From the sequence record DRR723986_21860: 64,000 nucleotides of DNA. The stretch is one strand, 5' to 3'. Shown here piece after piece: positions 18,439-28,685 of the stretch (the first letter of the stretch is position 1; each line of letters starts with the position of its first letter). Below the pieces are notes generated by a model. That model did no database searches. It was not told the origin of the DNA and saw only the letters and a program-made list of their open reading frames with translations. The position numbers were made by a program, and so were the translations under genes.

Positions 18439-19134
18439 TTATAGAACAACAATTTTACTTTCTGAAATAACTTGATCGTCTGCCAAAACTTTGTAGAAAT
18501 AAACTCCAGTACCAGTTGAGATATTCAAATTTAATTGTCCATTACCTTCAACCAGTTTCTTACTTTGAATTCTCTGACCCATTTTATTGAATAAGATAAG
18601 TTCAGCTTCCTTACTTCCAGAATACTTGATATTAAAGGTACCATCTGTACTCGGGTTTGGGTATATCATCAAATTAATAAAGTCTGTTTGCTCATTAATT
18701 CCAACGGTACTAATAATACCAGTCCAAGTCAGCAATACATAATCGTTTGGCATATCCTGTTGAAAAAGTCTCACGGTGACAGTGCTCTCACCAGCATTTC
18801 CGTTAGGATAGTAATGTAAATTCATAATTCTATTTAGTGCCGAAGTGGGCATGTTAAAGTCAAAAGTCGAGGTGCCTATTGCATGACATGCTGAAGGATC
18901 ACAAACCGAATATTGCCAGCCCGGTTCAACGTTAGCGGACTCAACTTGCCAAGTCATTGGAAAGCTGGTTGTACTATCATTGTATAAAATGAATTTAGAA
19001 TCAAAATCTGAATCAGTAATATTTCCATAAAATGTGGTATCCGTATCTGAAACTGAAAAGCTCTGTGCCATTATAGATGAACTTCCAAAGAGAGCACAGA
19101 TTAAACTAGCAATTATTTTCTTTTTCATAATCAT
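18439..19134 (-). CDS. T9SS type A sorting domain protein (small Ig-like domain with W..SVCDPSAC)
   Basis: Signal peptide ending MA-Q; IYPNPS...GVYFYK...KIVVL CTD. Confidence 0.85.
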   Translation of the reverse strand: MIMKKKIIASLICALFGSSSIMAQSFSVSDTDTTFYGNITDSDFDSKFILYNDSTTSFPMTWQVESANVEPGWQYSVCDPSACHAIGTSTFDFNMPTSALNRIMNLHYYPNGNAGESTVTVRLFQQDMPNDYVLLTWTGIISTVGINEQTDFINLMIYPNPSTDGTFNIKYSGSKEAELILFNKMGQRIQSKKLVEGNGQLNLNISTGTGVYFYKVLADDQVISESKIVVL

Positions 19135-19164
19135 TTCATTTAAAGCAGGTTAAAGATAGCGATT

Positions 19165-21222
19165 TTATTTTAATATTATTTTGCTCAATTTTATCTCGCC
19201 CATGTCAGATGTATACTTCATACTGTATAAACCGCTTTCTTCACTGAGAGATACTTGCTGTGAGCTAGAGTTAACGATAGAAGAATATACTAATCTCCCT
19301 TGCATATCGAAAACTTCGATAAGACCATTTAAGGTCTTTTCTGACAAAATTTCAAATGTACCATTTGATGGGTTCGGATAAATATTGAACTCCAAATTCA
19401 ATTCTTGAACACCCACGGCTGGAGCCTCAACACGATAAACTCCATTAGAGTTATAGTCAACAAACCAAATTCTACCATCTGGTCCAATTTTAACACCTTG
19501 TAAACTGTTCAGCTCCGTGTTAATTCTATGGAGCTCTAATGCAGGAATGACCGAAATGTCATAAATAATAATATCACCTGATTCATATTCGCTTACAATC
19601 ATTCGATCATCTATTACGTCTATACCGGCAGGTTTTGATAAATCGCCAGCGGCCACCACAGTTTCTTGAGTGTAACCTGTAAATTCAGAATATTCAACCA
19701 ACGCTTCATTCTGTGGGTAATCAACAGTACCTCCCTGATCAGAACCGGTTGTAATATCAATCCTGATAACCCTGTTATTACCATGATCAACAACATAAAG
19801 CCATTTTTTATCTTTATCTAAGACCAAATGTGAAACTATTTGGTCATTCGGATCTTTTGCAATTGCGTCATCTGAATATCTTCGAACTATTGCATCCCCA
19901 TGAAAAGAGTTTCCTGGACCATGATCTTCTGCAAAATCGTAACGCACGATATCATTCGTATAGCCATCAAAAATCCAAAATACATTATCAACTTCCGCAG
20001 CAATACCTTGAGAATACGGGCTCAAATGAAGCATGTCCAAGTGGCTTCCATTACCTCCCGAAGGCTCTCCATAAATCGCCATATCACTTGACCATAATGC
20101 CGGGCCGGTAAATGCATCCCCTCCATTATGGTTTGCATCATAAACACCAGGAGAGTTAGCCCAATTTCCATTATCACTAAAGGCAATTCCAGTTGGCAAC
20201 GACATAAAATGCCAAGCATTTCCATCCACTTTGTGAATTGAAGTTTGAGAGCTCGAACCAGCGTTGTAAATAGTCACCGTACTACCTCCCTGATTTTCTG
20301 TTCGTTTGTTGCATACCCACAGCTCATAATTTGATAGCACAGGATGAAAATCGAGATCAGTAGGCGTGCTAATTTGTTCAGCAGGACCAGCGATTTGAAC
20401 AATATTCGTCCAGTTATTTCCAACGTAAGCATCAATGTAATTGGGCGTGCCAGGTCCGGCTTCAGTCACTTTAATAAGTGTATCATTCGAGTTGTTTTCA
20501 TCAATATTTGATCCATTAATGTTGTCCGCCCAAATTTTTATAGAATATATACCGTTGGAAGCAATAGATATTGGAATGTTGTGTTGAACTTCTTCATCAC
20601 TAAAATTCGGAAGGCTAGTAGCTGTAACGGCATGCGTTTGTGTAGCACCGCCATTCACTTTATAATTTAAATCATATGAAGTGATATTTGCTGTTCCATT
20701 ATTAAACACATGGGCGTCTAAATCATACGAACCAATTGTTAAATAACTATAGATGTTTGAACCAGTAACCGCTAAATCATATTGAGGCGGTTCTTCTGCT
20801 GTGAAAGTAAAAGTAGCACCTAATCCAATGCCATCAAATGATTGCGTTTGATAACCATTCACATTGACGTTAAAATTAAATCCTCCATCTCCCCAATCAT
20901 CAACATAAATTAGATCGTACTGATTCCCCTCAATCAGACACCAAGGGCCCTCATTAATGGTCAAATTATTACCATATCCACCAGGAGTTTGATTTTGTAA
21001 GCCAGCTCCATTACAGCCAACCGCAGTGTTACCGCCTTCGGCAATAGTTGCAGTACCACAAGTATTGCCGTTAGGGACAAGCTGCCAATAACCTTCATAC
21101 CCGTAATCATCTGTTGATATATCTATTGTGACTTCAACTTCACCTATATTACATTGACCAAATCCAATTTCGCAAACAAATACAATTAGTATTAAAAATA
21201 GTTTATCCTTCATTGCTTTCAC
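19165..21222 (-). CDS. T9SS type A cargo: DxYxxE/DxWGDG module, CARDB-like domain and His/Met-rich beta-propeller
   Basis: Signal peptide; PTDLDFHP, PTGIAF, PAGIDV and QGVKIGPDGRIWFVD propeller-blade motifs; IYPNPS...KIILK CTD. Confidence 0.8.
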   Translation of the reverse strand: MKAMKDKLFLILIVFVCEIGFGQCNIGEVEVTIDISTDDYGYEGYWQLVPNGNTCGTATIAEGGNTAVGCNGAGLQNQTPGGYGNNLTINEGPWCLIEGNQYDLIYVDDWGDGGFNFNVNVNGYQTQSFDGIGLGATFTFTAEEPPQYDLAVTGSNIYSYLTIGSYDLDAHVFNNGTANITSYDLNYKVNGGATQTHAVTATSLPNFSDEEVQHNIPISIASNGIYSIKIWADNINGSNIDENNSNDTLIKVTEAGPGTPNYIDAYVGNNWTNIVQIAGPAEQISTPTDLDFHPVLSNYELWVCNKRTENQGGSTVTIYNAGSSSQTSIHKVDGNAWHFMSLPTGIAFSDNGNWANSPGVYDANHNGGDAFTGPALWSSDMAIYGEPSGGNGSHLDMLHLSPYSQGIAAEVDNVFWIFDGYTNDIVRYDFAEDHGPGNSFHGDAIVRRYSDDAIAKDPNDQIVSHLVLDKDKKWLYVVDHGNNRVIRIDITTGSDQGGTVDYPQNEALVEYSEFTGYTQETVVAAGDLSKPAGIDVIDDRMIVSEYESGDIIIYDISVIPALELHRINTELNSLQGVKIGPDGRIWFVDYNSNGVYRVEAPAVGVQELNLEFNIYPNPSNGTFEILSEKTLNGLIEVFDMQGRLVYSSIVNSSSQQVSLSEESGLYSMKYTSDMGEIKLSKIILK

Positions 21223-21314
21223 ATTAATTTTGCACTAAGTTAGACGTCTGCATAGATTAGGCAGAAAAAAAAAGAGAGACTCTTGAAATCCTAATTTCGC
21301 TTATTTTGAGTTTA

Positions 21315-22187
21315 TTAGTTGTTTTCAAACATCATCTTTTTCTGACCAACAAACTCACCATTTACGTGCACCCCCAAGATAATTATTTGAGTTGGGAGAT
21401 TATTGTCTAATTCAATTTTAAAATCATTTAATCCTTTTTCAGAATTAATTTGAGAAGCGTATAGTATTTTACCAGTAATGTCATAAATATCTATTTTTAA
21501 CTGAGAAGTTTTTTTTAGGTAAATTGAACCATGAAGCTCATTGGAATTAATATTTTGCCAGATGTTAAATTGCTTCGTGTACTTGGGGTCATCAGTAATT
21601 TGCAGAGAGCTTGATTGAAATATGGTATTTTGTCCTAAGAAAATGGAATCGCCCAAAACATTACCGGAATTATCCGACTTGTTAAAAGAATAATATGCGG
21701 TTAAATTACCCATGTTAGTGCTAGGGGCCGTCCATTGAAAAGACCACTGAATATTGTTCTTATTTGTTTGACTCATATATTGCCTCAATCCGGAATTCGT
21801 AATTGTAGAACCTGTTCCTGCAATGAACTCCCCTGCTTTTATAGCGTTATTATCCAAAATTGTCATTTGAAATCCGTTAACCTGATTATTTGGTACACCA
21901 ATAGTAATGGTGTAAGTGCTATCAGGAAGATATTCATCTTGATTTCCTGAAAATGAGACGTCAATCTGAGTGTTACCATCATATGTATTACCTGAATGAC
22001 ATTGAGTACAATCATTTTCGCCTGGAGCTCCAGTTCTTTGGGGAGGTGGATTCACACTATAAGTGGAAATATCTGTTTCTTCATATTCTTCTAATTCAGA
22101 TGCTGATGCCCAGCTAATAAGAACTGAACATAATATGATAGAGGTTGCTAGAATTGAAATGAGTTTAAGGTGATTTAGTGGTTTCAT
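21315..22187 (-). CDS. Choice-of-anchor V / Reeler-like protein with CxxCH and a degenerate T9SS type A CTD
   Basis: TGAPGENDCTQCH, Y.P..TYTITI, GFQMT and WSFQWTAP motifs; IYDITGK...KKMM C-terminus. Confidence 0.75.
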   Translation of the reverse strand: MKPLNHLKLISILATSIILCSVLISWASASELEEYEETDISTYSVNPPPQRTGAPGENDCTQCHSGNTYDGNTQIDVSFSGNQDEYLPDSTYTITIGVPNNQVNGFQMTILDNNAIKAGEFIAGTGSTITNSGLRQYMSQTNKNNIQWSFQWTAPSTNMGNLTAYYSFNKSDNSGNVLGDSIFLGQNTIFQSSSLQITDDPKYTKQFNIWQNINSNELHGSIYLKKTSQLKIDIYDITGKILYASQINSEKGLNDFKIELDNNLPTQIIILGVHVNGEFVGQKKMMFENN

Positions 22188-22222
22188 AAAATATAAGTGA
22201 TTTAAAAAAGGCTTATTTAAGT

Positions 22223-22597
22223 TTAGTTATTTTTCTTTCCCTGTTGAATCCAACAATAGAATTTTTGAATTAAGGAATCAGCAATTCTGACATCTTCTGA
22301 TGGCATTGGAATATATCCACTATCATGAGCCATGGACTTATACATAGAATGTGTAATTGGGACGATTTTTTCATGTACTGTGAAATCAAGACCAGATGGT
22401 TCTGAGATACTATTGTGGCATGAAGTATTACTGCATGTTTTATTAATTATTTGTGGCAAAATTTCATTATTAAAAGATACCGAGTCTGTGCACGGTTCCG
22501 GAATGAATTTGTCAAATTTTGAACTTTGATTTTTTTGACAGGAAAACACGAAACTTGATAGGACGAATAAACGGTAAATATATTTTTTAGAGTTCAT
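22223..22597 (-). CDS. Small lipoprotein with a cytochrome-c-like CxxxxCH motif
   Basis: Probable start MNSKKY (22597), lipobox VFSC, VSFNNEILP...CSNTSCH...MP...WIQQG. Confidence 0.65.
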   Translation of the reverse strand: MNSKKYIYRLFVLSSFVFSCQKNQSSKFDKFIPEPCTDSVSFNNEILPQIINKTCSNTSCHNSISEPSGLDFTVHEKIVPITHSMYKSMAHDSGYIPMPSEDVRIADSLIQKFYCWIQQGKKNN

Positions 22598-22598
22598 T

Positions 22599-24344
22599 TT
22601 AGTAGTTTTTAGGATTTCTAATTTCATTTTTCACCTCTCCGCAACCCATCATTTTTTCACCATAATAGGGGTTCCTAATCTCATTTTCTTTGCTTAACCA
22701 ATAACCACCTTCTTTACTGTTGGCCATTGGACAATACATTTCATAAGATTGGCCTCCAATGCCAAAAGATTTAGTTACAGCAATCATTGATTTTGACAGC
22801 TTACCGAAAGCCTTGCGCTGCTCTGTAATCAAGTTTGAGCTCTGAATTAATGTTGCCTGGTGTTCAATTTCTTCTGATTTTTTCATCCAAAAAATATGGG
22901 CTTCACCTTTTACCTTTTTCATATCAACTTTGCTTAGCTTAATGGTTAATTCTTCTGCTGCGCTACTTGCTGATTTGGAATCAGAGTTTACAAGACTTTC
23001 TTTTACTTGGATATATTCGCTGAATACAAGCTCTAATTGATTCTTGAAAGCATCAGAAGCATCCAAAACGAAATCAGGAGTGCTTTCAATAGTCTTTGTT
23101 TGATCTTGAGATGATAATTGATTCATCATACTTGCTTGGTTGTTCAACTGAGCGGATGCATCAATAACAAATGCCCCTTGTGTTACAACTTGTTCACCTG
23201 ATTTTAAGCCTGATTTTATAATGTAGTTGTCGCCTATAGATGTTCCAAGAACCACTTCTCTATATTCAAATGACGGGATTTCGGTGTTTTCTAATTGTAC
23301 ATAAACAACTGATCTTGTTCCTGTCCACATAACTGATGATTTAGGAATTGTTAATCCTGAAGAAGCGTTTGTATTAGATGAAAGATAACCCCTTACAAAC
23401 ATCTCTGGTTTCAGACTAGTGGTAGAATTTGAAATCTCTGCTCTAATCTTTGCGGTTCTTGTTTGAGAATTAATGGAAGGATCTATAAAGACAATTTTAG
23501 ATTCGTAATTAATTCCTGGATTAGACGTGGTTGAAAATGAGATGACGTCTCCGATATTCACGGTTGAAATGTCTTTTTCATATACATCAAATACAACCCA
23601 TAGATCCTTTAAGTTTTGAATATCAAATAGCACATCACCTTTACTAATATAATCGCCAACTGAAACTTTCTTTTTTTGAACAACTCCTGAGTATGCTGCG
23701 TAAATATTAAAGGTTTCTATTACCTCTTTAGCTGATAAAATTTCTTCAATTTGGTTATCGGTGATTTTCCAAAACTTTAATTTGTTTTTAGCTGCTTCAA
23801 ATAATTGCGGTTGACTTGCCTTGATTTTTTGAGCTTCAAGCAATTCTTTTTGAGCGGTGATTAGAAGTGGCGAATAAATGGAAGCAATTTTCTGACCTTT
23901 TGCAACCTGCTCTCCAGTGAAACTAATATATAGCTTTTCAATACGACCAGGAATGTGAGATACAATACTGGCTGCATTCGTTTCATTGACTTCTATTTTA
24001 CCTGCTACTTCTAAATCGGATTTTTCCGAATTTTTAGAACCGACAGTTGTGGTTTGGATTTGAGAGATTTTTACAGCCTCTTCAGACATTTCTAAAACAA
24101 AAGGATTATTGCTAGAATTTTCATCCAAGGGTATCAAGTCCATTCCACAAATAGGGCAAGCCCCAGGCTCATTTGATCTAATTTGTGGGTGCATTGAGCA
24201 GGTCCATATTTCATTATTACTTTCTTCGGAGCCGTGTAAATGTTCAGAATCAGCTGTTTTTGCAGAAGAATCTGCACCAAAAATTAGCCATCCTAAAAAG
24301 ACCCCGATAATCAGTGTTCCTACACTTATTAAATATTTATTCAT
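22599..24344 (-). CDS. cusB: CusB-like RND periplasmic adaptor with N-terminal heavy-metal-binding domain and C-terminal DUF3347
   Basis: WTCSMHPQIR...CPICGMDL, GRIEKL...YSP.L..AQ.EL, LKPEMF; C-terminal YCPMA...WLS...IRNPYYG..M..CG. Confidence 0.88.
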   Translation of the reverse strand: MNKYLISVGTLIIGVFLGWLIFGADSSAKTADSEHLHGSEESNNEIWTCSMHPQIRSNEPGACPICGMDLIPLDENSSNNPFVLEMSEEAVKISQIQTTTVGSKNSEKSDLEVAGKIEVNETNAASIVSHIPGRIEKLYISFTGEQVAKGQKIASIYSPLLITAQKELLEAQKIKASQPQLFEAAKNKLKFWKITDNQIEEILSAKEVIETFNIYAAYSGVVQKKKVSVGDYISKGDVLFDIQNLKDLWVVFDVYEKDISTVNIGDVISFSTTSNPGINYESKIVFIDPSINSQTRTAKIRAEISNSTTSLKPEMFVRGYLSSNTNASSGLTIPKSSVMWTGTRSVVYVQLENTEIPSFEYREVVLGTSIGDNYIIKSGLKSGEQVVTQGAFVIDASAQLNNQASMMNQLSSQDQTKTIESTPDFVLDASDAFKNQLELVFSEYIQVKESLVNSDSKSASSAAEELTIKLSKVDMKKVKGEAHIFWMKKSEEIEHQATLIQSSNLITEQRKAFGKLSKSMIAVTKSFGIGGQSYEMYCPMANSKEGGYWLSKENEIRNPYYGEKMMGCGEVKNEIRNPKNY

Positions 24345-24351
24345 ATCTCTA

Positions 24352-26829
24352 TTATTTTATAGTTTGTGCTCGTAGCCTTAAAGCATTCGCAATGACTGAA
24401 ACTGAACTGAAACTCATAGCCAATGCAGCAATCATTGGTGATAAAAGCAAACCAAAAACAGGAAACAAAACACCTGCGGCTATTGGAATTCCGATTGTGT
24501 TATAGGCCAAGGCGAAAAATAAATTCTGTTTGATATTCTTCATTACTTTGTGACTTAAAACCTTTGCTTTTACAATGCCATGTAAATCACCTTTTACCAA
24601 TGTGACATCTGAGCTTTCAATGGCTACATCAGTACCTGTTCCCATAGCAATTCCAACATCTGATAAAGCCAAAGCTGGGGCATCATTGATACCATCTCCC
24701 GCCATAGCTACAATGAATCCTTTTTCTTGTAACTCTTTAACCTTGTTTAGTTTATCTTCAGGCAAACAGTCAGCTACGAATTCATCTAATTCAACTTCTT
24801 TTGCCACAGCTTTGGCTGTATAGGCATTGTCTCCTGTCATCATGATAACCTGAATTCCTTTAGACTTCAATTCTTTTATTGCTTTTTGACTTGACTTTTT
24901 AATGGCATCAGAAATAACCAGATATCCAACCAACTTCTTACCAACTGCGATCAATGGAACGGTTTTACCTTTTTGCTGTTCAGTTTTTGATTGATCAAGA
25001 ATCTCACCTTTAAGTTGAATACCATGTTCGCTCATTAATTTTTCGTTGCCAACCAAAACAATTTTGTCGTCAATAATAGCTTTAACCCCCATCCCCGTGA
25101 CAGAATCAAAATCATTAATTTCTTTTAGTTCTATGTTTTTACTTTTAGCAAAAGAGACTGTCGCTTCAGCTAAAGGATGTTCACTTTGACTGTTCACTGA
25201 AGCCACTAACTGTGTTAGTTGATCAATGGAATATTCTGAGGTTGAAACTACTTTTTGAACAGAAGGCTTTCCTTCAGTAATAGTGCCCGTTTTATCTATG
25301 ATTAAGACATTTACTTTGTTTAATTTTTCAAGAGACTCAGCACTTTTAATTAAGACACCTTCTTGGGCTCCTTTTCCAACGCCAACCATCACTGACATAG
25401 GGGTAGCCAAACCTAAAGCACATGGGCAAGCAATTATCAAAACCGCAATTGCGTTGACAAAAGCATATACTAATGTTGGTTCTGGTCCAAGAAATTTCCA
25501 AAGTATGAATGTAATTATGGAGATCACAATAACAATCGGGACAAAATAGCCAGAAATTTTGTCAGCTAAATTTTGAATTGGTGCCTTACTTCTACTTGCA
25601 TTATTCACCATGTGTATGATTTGAGATAGTAAAGTGTCAGCTCCAACTTTCTCTGCTTCCATAACAAAAGACTGCTTTCCATTAATTGTACCTGATGTGA
25701 CCTTATCATTTTTTTCTTTATCAACTGGAACTGGTTCACCAGTGATCATTGATTCGTCAATCGAACTTTTTCCCTCTCTAATTACACCATCAACAGGAAT
25801 TTTATCACCAGGCTTAACCCTTAGTAGATCACCAATTTTAATATCATCTATACTTATTTCCTCTTCTTCATCTTCGTTAATGCGGATCGCCTTATTTGGA
25901 GCAAGTTTTAACAGTTCTTTCACCGCATTATTTGTTTTGCTATGGGCTTTAGCTTCTAAAAGTTGCCCCAAAAGAACTAAGGTCAAGATTACTGTGGCTG
26001 CTTCAAAATAAACATGAACAGTTCCGAAATTAGTTTTAAAATCATCTGGGAAAAGATTTGGAAAAATCAAACCAAATAAACTAAATAACCAAGCCACACC
26101 TGCACCTATTCCGATAAGCGTGAACATGTTAAGATTCATTGTTCTTATTGAAGTATAGGCGCGTTTAAAAAACATCCATGTAGCATAAAAAACAACAGGT
26201 ATAGAGAACCCAAACTGAAGCCAATTCCAATATTTGATATGCATCAATTGATATAAAGGATTGTCTTTTATCATTTCTGACATGGCAATGAAGAAAATTG
26301 GAAGAGTGAAGCTTGCAGCGATTATGAACTTCTTCAGCAATTTTTTATAGGTTTTTTGCTCCGCAGTTTCATTTGATTCTTTTGGTACCAAATCCATTCC
26401 ACATTTTGGACAGGATCCAGGTGAATCTTTCAGCACATCTGGATGCATAGGGCAGGTGTACATTTCTTGATTGGCTGCAATAGACACTTCGGCTACTAAA
26501 TCCATTCCGCAAACAGGACAATCTCCTGACTCATTATACGTTTTATCTCCTTCACAATGCATGGGACAGTAGTAAGTACCTTTAATTCCTTTTTCGTTTT
26601 TTTTACGAGTTTTAATTTCCTCATCCATTGAGTGAATCATATACTTTGATCCGAGAAATGGTTTTTTTAATTTTTCTAAAGGAATATGTTTAGACATTTC
26701 AAGTTCAGCTTCATTGTTTTCTAAATCAACTTGAACCTGTTCTATAAACTCAATGGATTCTAATGTTTCTTTAACGTGACTTTTGCAGCCATTGCACGTC
26801 ATTCCTGATATTTTATATGTATGTTTCAT
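24352..26829 (-). CDS. copA: Cu(I)-translocating P1B-1 ATPase
   Basis: HMA GMTCNGC, two YxCPMH...CPxCGM modules, TGE, CPC, DKTGT, HP, GDGIND, YN and MxxSS TM ligands. Confidence 0.94.
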   Translation of the reverse strand: MKHTYKISGMTCNGCKSHVKETLESIEFIEQVQVDLENNEAELEMSKHIPLEKLKKPFLGSKYMIHSMDEEIKTRKKNEKGIKGTYYCPMHCEGDKTYNESGDCPVCGMDLVAEVSIAANQEMYTCPMHPDVLKDSPGSCPKCGMDLVPKESNETAEQKTYKKLLKKFIIAASFTLPIFFIAMSEMIKDNPLYQLMHIKYWNWLQFGFSIPVVFYATWMFFKRAYTSIRTMNLNMFTLIGIGAGVAWLFSLFGLIFPNLFPDDFKTNFGTVHVYFEAATVILTLVLLGQLLEAKAHSKTNNAVKELLKLAPNKAIRINEDEEEEISIDDIKIGDLLRVKPGDKIPVDGVIREGKSSIDESMITGEPVPVDKEKNDKVTSGTINGKQSFVMEAEKVGADTLLSQIIHMVNNASRSKAPIQNLADKISGYFVPIVIVISIITFILWKFLGPEPTLVYAFVNAIAVLIIACPCALGLATPMSVMVGVGKGAQEGVLIKSAESLEKLNKVNVLIIDKTGTITEGKPSVQKVVSTSEYSIDQLTQLVASVNSQSEHPLAEATVSFAKSKNIELKEINDFDSVTGMGVKAIIDDKIVLVGNEKLMSEHGIQLKGEILDQSKTEQQKGKTVPLIAVGKKLVGYLVISDAIKKSSQKAIKELKSKGIQVIMMTGDNAYTAKAVAKEVELDEFVADCLPEDKLNKVKELQEKGFIVAMAGDGINDAPALALSDVGIAMGTGTDVAIESSDVTLVKGDLHGIVKAKVLSHKVMKNIKQNLFFALAYNTIGIPIAAGVLFPVFGLLLSPMIAALAMSFSSVSVIANALRLRAQTIK

Positions 26830-26886
26830 TGTGTTTTTTTTGTCAAAATTCGTTTATCACAGTATTTATTTCGTGCACTTCTTTGT

Positions 26887-27450
26887 TTAAATCATGTCTA
26901 ATTTTTGTCTATTTAATTTTGAAATGAATTGTGTGGGTGTTTGACCAGAAGCTTTTTTAAATTGTCTGGCAAAATGCTGAGGGGAACTGAAATCAAGTTC
27001 CTGGCTTACTTCAGAGATATTTAATTCACCGTAGGATAATAACTCCTTGGCTTTTTCTATTTTGTGTCTTAAAATGAATTGACTAATGGTTTGTCCTTGA
27101 TGTTTAGAGAAAACCTTACTCAAATAAGAATAGTTGAGGTTAAATTTTTGGGCTATAATTTGAGCGAATGTCAGCTCGTTATTTATGACACCAGAATAAT
27201 GAATTAAATCAACGATTTCAGACTTAATTGAATTCACTAGCTGGCTAGTTTTATCTATGATTAATTCAAAACCATTTGTGTGAAGAGATTCCTCAATCAA
27301 CTTCAATTTTTCAGATGATAATCTACCTTCAAAAATGACCATTCCTAATTTTACTTTCACCAGCTTAATTCCGTGTCTTTGCATAATCGATTCAACAGAT
27401 AAAATACATCTGTCACAAACCATGTTTTTGATGTGCAATTGATTTTCCAT
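26887..27450 (-). CDS. AraC-family regulator with an N-terminal metal-binding (HMA-like) domain
   Basis: IKNMVCDRC N-terminus; YSYLSKVF...KAKELL...FSSPQHFARQFKK..G.TPTQF HTH. Confidence 0.9.
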   Translation of the reverse strand: MENQLHIKNMVCDRCILSVESIMQRHGIKLVKVKLGMVIFEGRLSSEKLKLIEESLHTNGFELIIDKTSQLVNSIKSEIVDLIHYSGVINNELTFAQIIAQKFNLNYSYLSKVFSKHQGQTISQFILRHKIEKAKELLSYGELNISEVSQELDFSSPQHFARQFKKASGQTPTQFISKLNRQKLDMI

Positions 27451-27452
27451 AA

Positions 27453-28685
27453 TTAATACGCCGTTAACTTTTCAATTTTAGCAAACACTAGTTTTGATTG
27501 CAGTTGAGCATTTTCTATTTTGATTTCATTTTGAAGTAAATCATTATATAATTCAAGAATCTCGTCAAACCCAGAACCAGAACCAGAGTAATTTGAAAGC
27601 AGCACTTCAACGGCAAGTTTTGTGGTCTCATTTTGCTTCTTATAAAATGTTATTTGACTTAAGAATTTATCATAATCCGTTTTAAGGTTTAATAGTTGGC
27701 GCATTATTTCATCTTCTAAAGCGGTTTTTTGAAACCCTATGCCTTCTTGAATCAAAGTTTCTTCTGTCTGAATGGATTTGTTCTTTTTTTGATATAATGG
27801 AATTGTGAGCATAACTTTAGGGATTAAAATATCTCTTCCATTATAGGTAGGGTTCGCATCTAATCGTTCTCCTACCAAGCTATAGTCTATACCTATACCT
27901 AACATAGGAGAATTCATTTTTTGACTCAATAATTGTCTATTAGAAGAAGCTTCGATTTGATGGGTTAATTGCGCCATTTTTGGGTGCTTACTAAGGTTGC
28001 TTCTAAATTTGGTAGTGTCAAATTCTACAATCTCTAAATCGTCCTTTTCACCACTAGGGATAATCATGTTTTGGAGCGGCGCTTTAATTAATTGATTTAT
28101 AATTACAGAAAGTTGTTGGTTTTGAAAATTGATTTCAGCGATTTCTTGATCGATTTTTTGTTTTCTTAATTGTACACGATATACATTTGCGGTAGTGCCA
28201 TTTCCACTCTCAACTTTTGAAAGGGCTATTTGTTCTAATGATTCATATAGCTCTTTGTTTTCCTTTAATAATTCAGTTTTTTGAAAGTTAAAAACCAGAC
28301 GATAATAGGCTTCTTTTAATTGATAAACTAGATCTAATTTCAACAAAGCGACTTCATAATATTTCGCTTCAGACATTTGGATCATAACCGCCTCCCTAGT
28401 TTTAAAAGTTCCAAACCAAGGAAATATCTGTGTTGCGCTCACCATAGTAATTTGTGGCCCTAATCTTGTTTCCGGTCTCAAGACTGGGACTCCTACACCA
28501 ATTGTAGGATTTGACAGTTGACTTTCTTGTTGAATTCGCTCTTTTGCCGCTAAAAACTGATTATTGACAGCCTTTAACTCTGAATTATTTGCGACTAATT
28601 TTTCAAGAAGATCGGACAATTTTTGACTGTATAGCTGGGTAGAACTAAAAAGTGCCAGAAAGAGAATTAATAATCTATTTTTCAT
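27453..28685 (-). CDS. TolC/CusC-family outer membrane efflux protein
   Basis: Signal peptide, ETRLGPQ...Q.FPWFG motif, long amphipathic helices, overlaps cusA. Confidence 0.88.
   Translation of the reverse strand: MKNRLLILFLALFSSTQLYSQKLSDLLEKLVANNSELKAVNNQFLAAKERIQQESQLSNPTIGVGVPVLRPETRLGPQITMVSATQIFPWFGTFKTREAVMIQMSEAKYYEVALLKLDLVYQLKEAYYRLVFNFQKTELLKENKELYESLEQIALSKVESGNGTTANVYRVQLRKQKIDQEIAEINFQNQQLSVIINQLIKAPLQNMIIPSGEKDDLEIVEFDTTKFRSNLSKHPKMAQLTHQIEASSNRQLLSQKMNSPMLGIGIDYSLVGERLDANPTYNGRDILIPKVMLTIPLYQKKNKSIQTEETLIQEGIGFQKTALEDEIMRQLLNLKTDYDKFLSQITFYKKQNETTKLAVEVLLSNYSGSGSGFDEILELYNDLLQNEIKIENAQLQSKLVFAKIEKLTAY

Noticed and set aside
21265-21273. A9 tract upstream of the propeller gene as a phase-variation switch
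   Set aside because: Runs of this length are expected in AT-rich intergenic DNA, and it seems to lie upstream of the promoter spacer.
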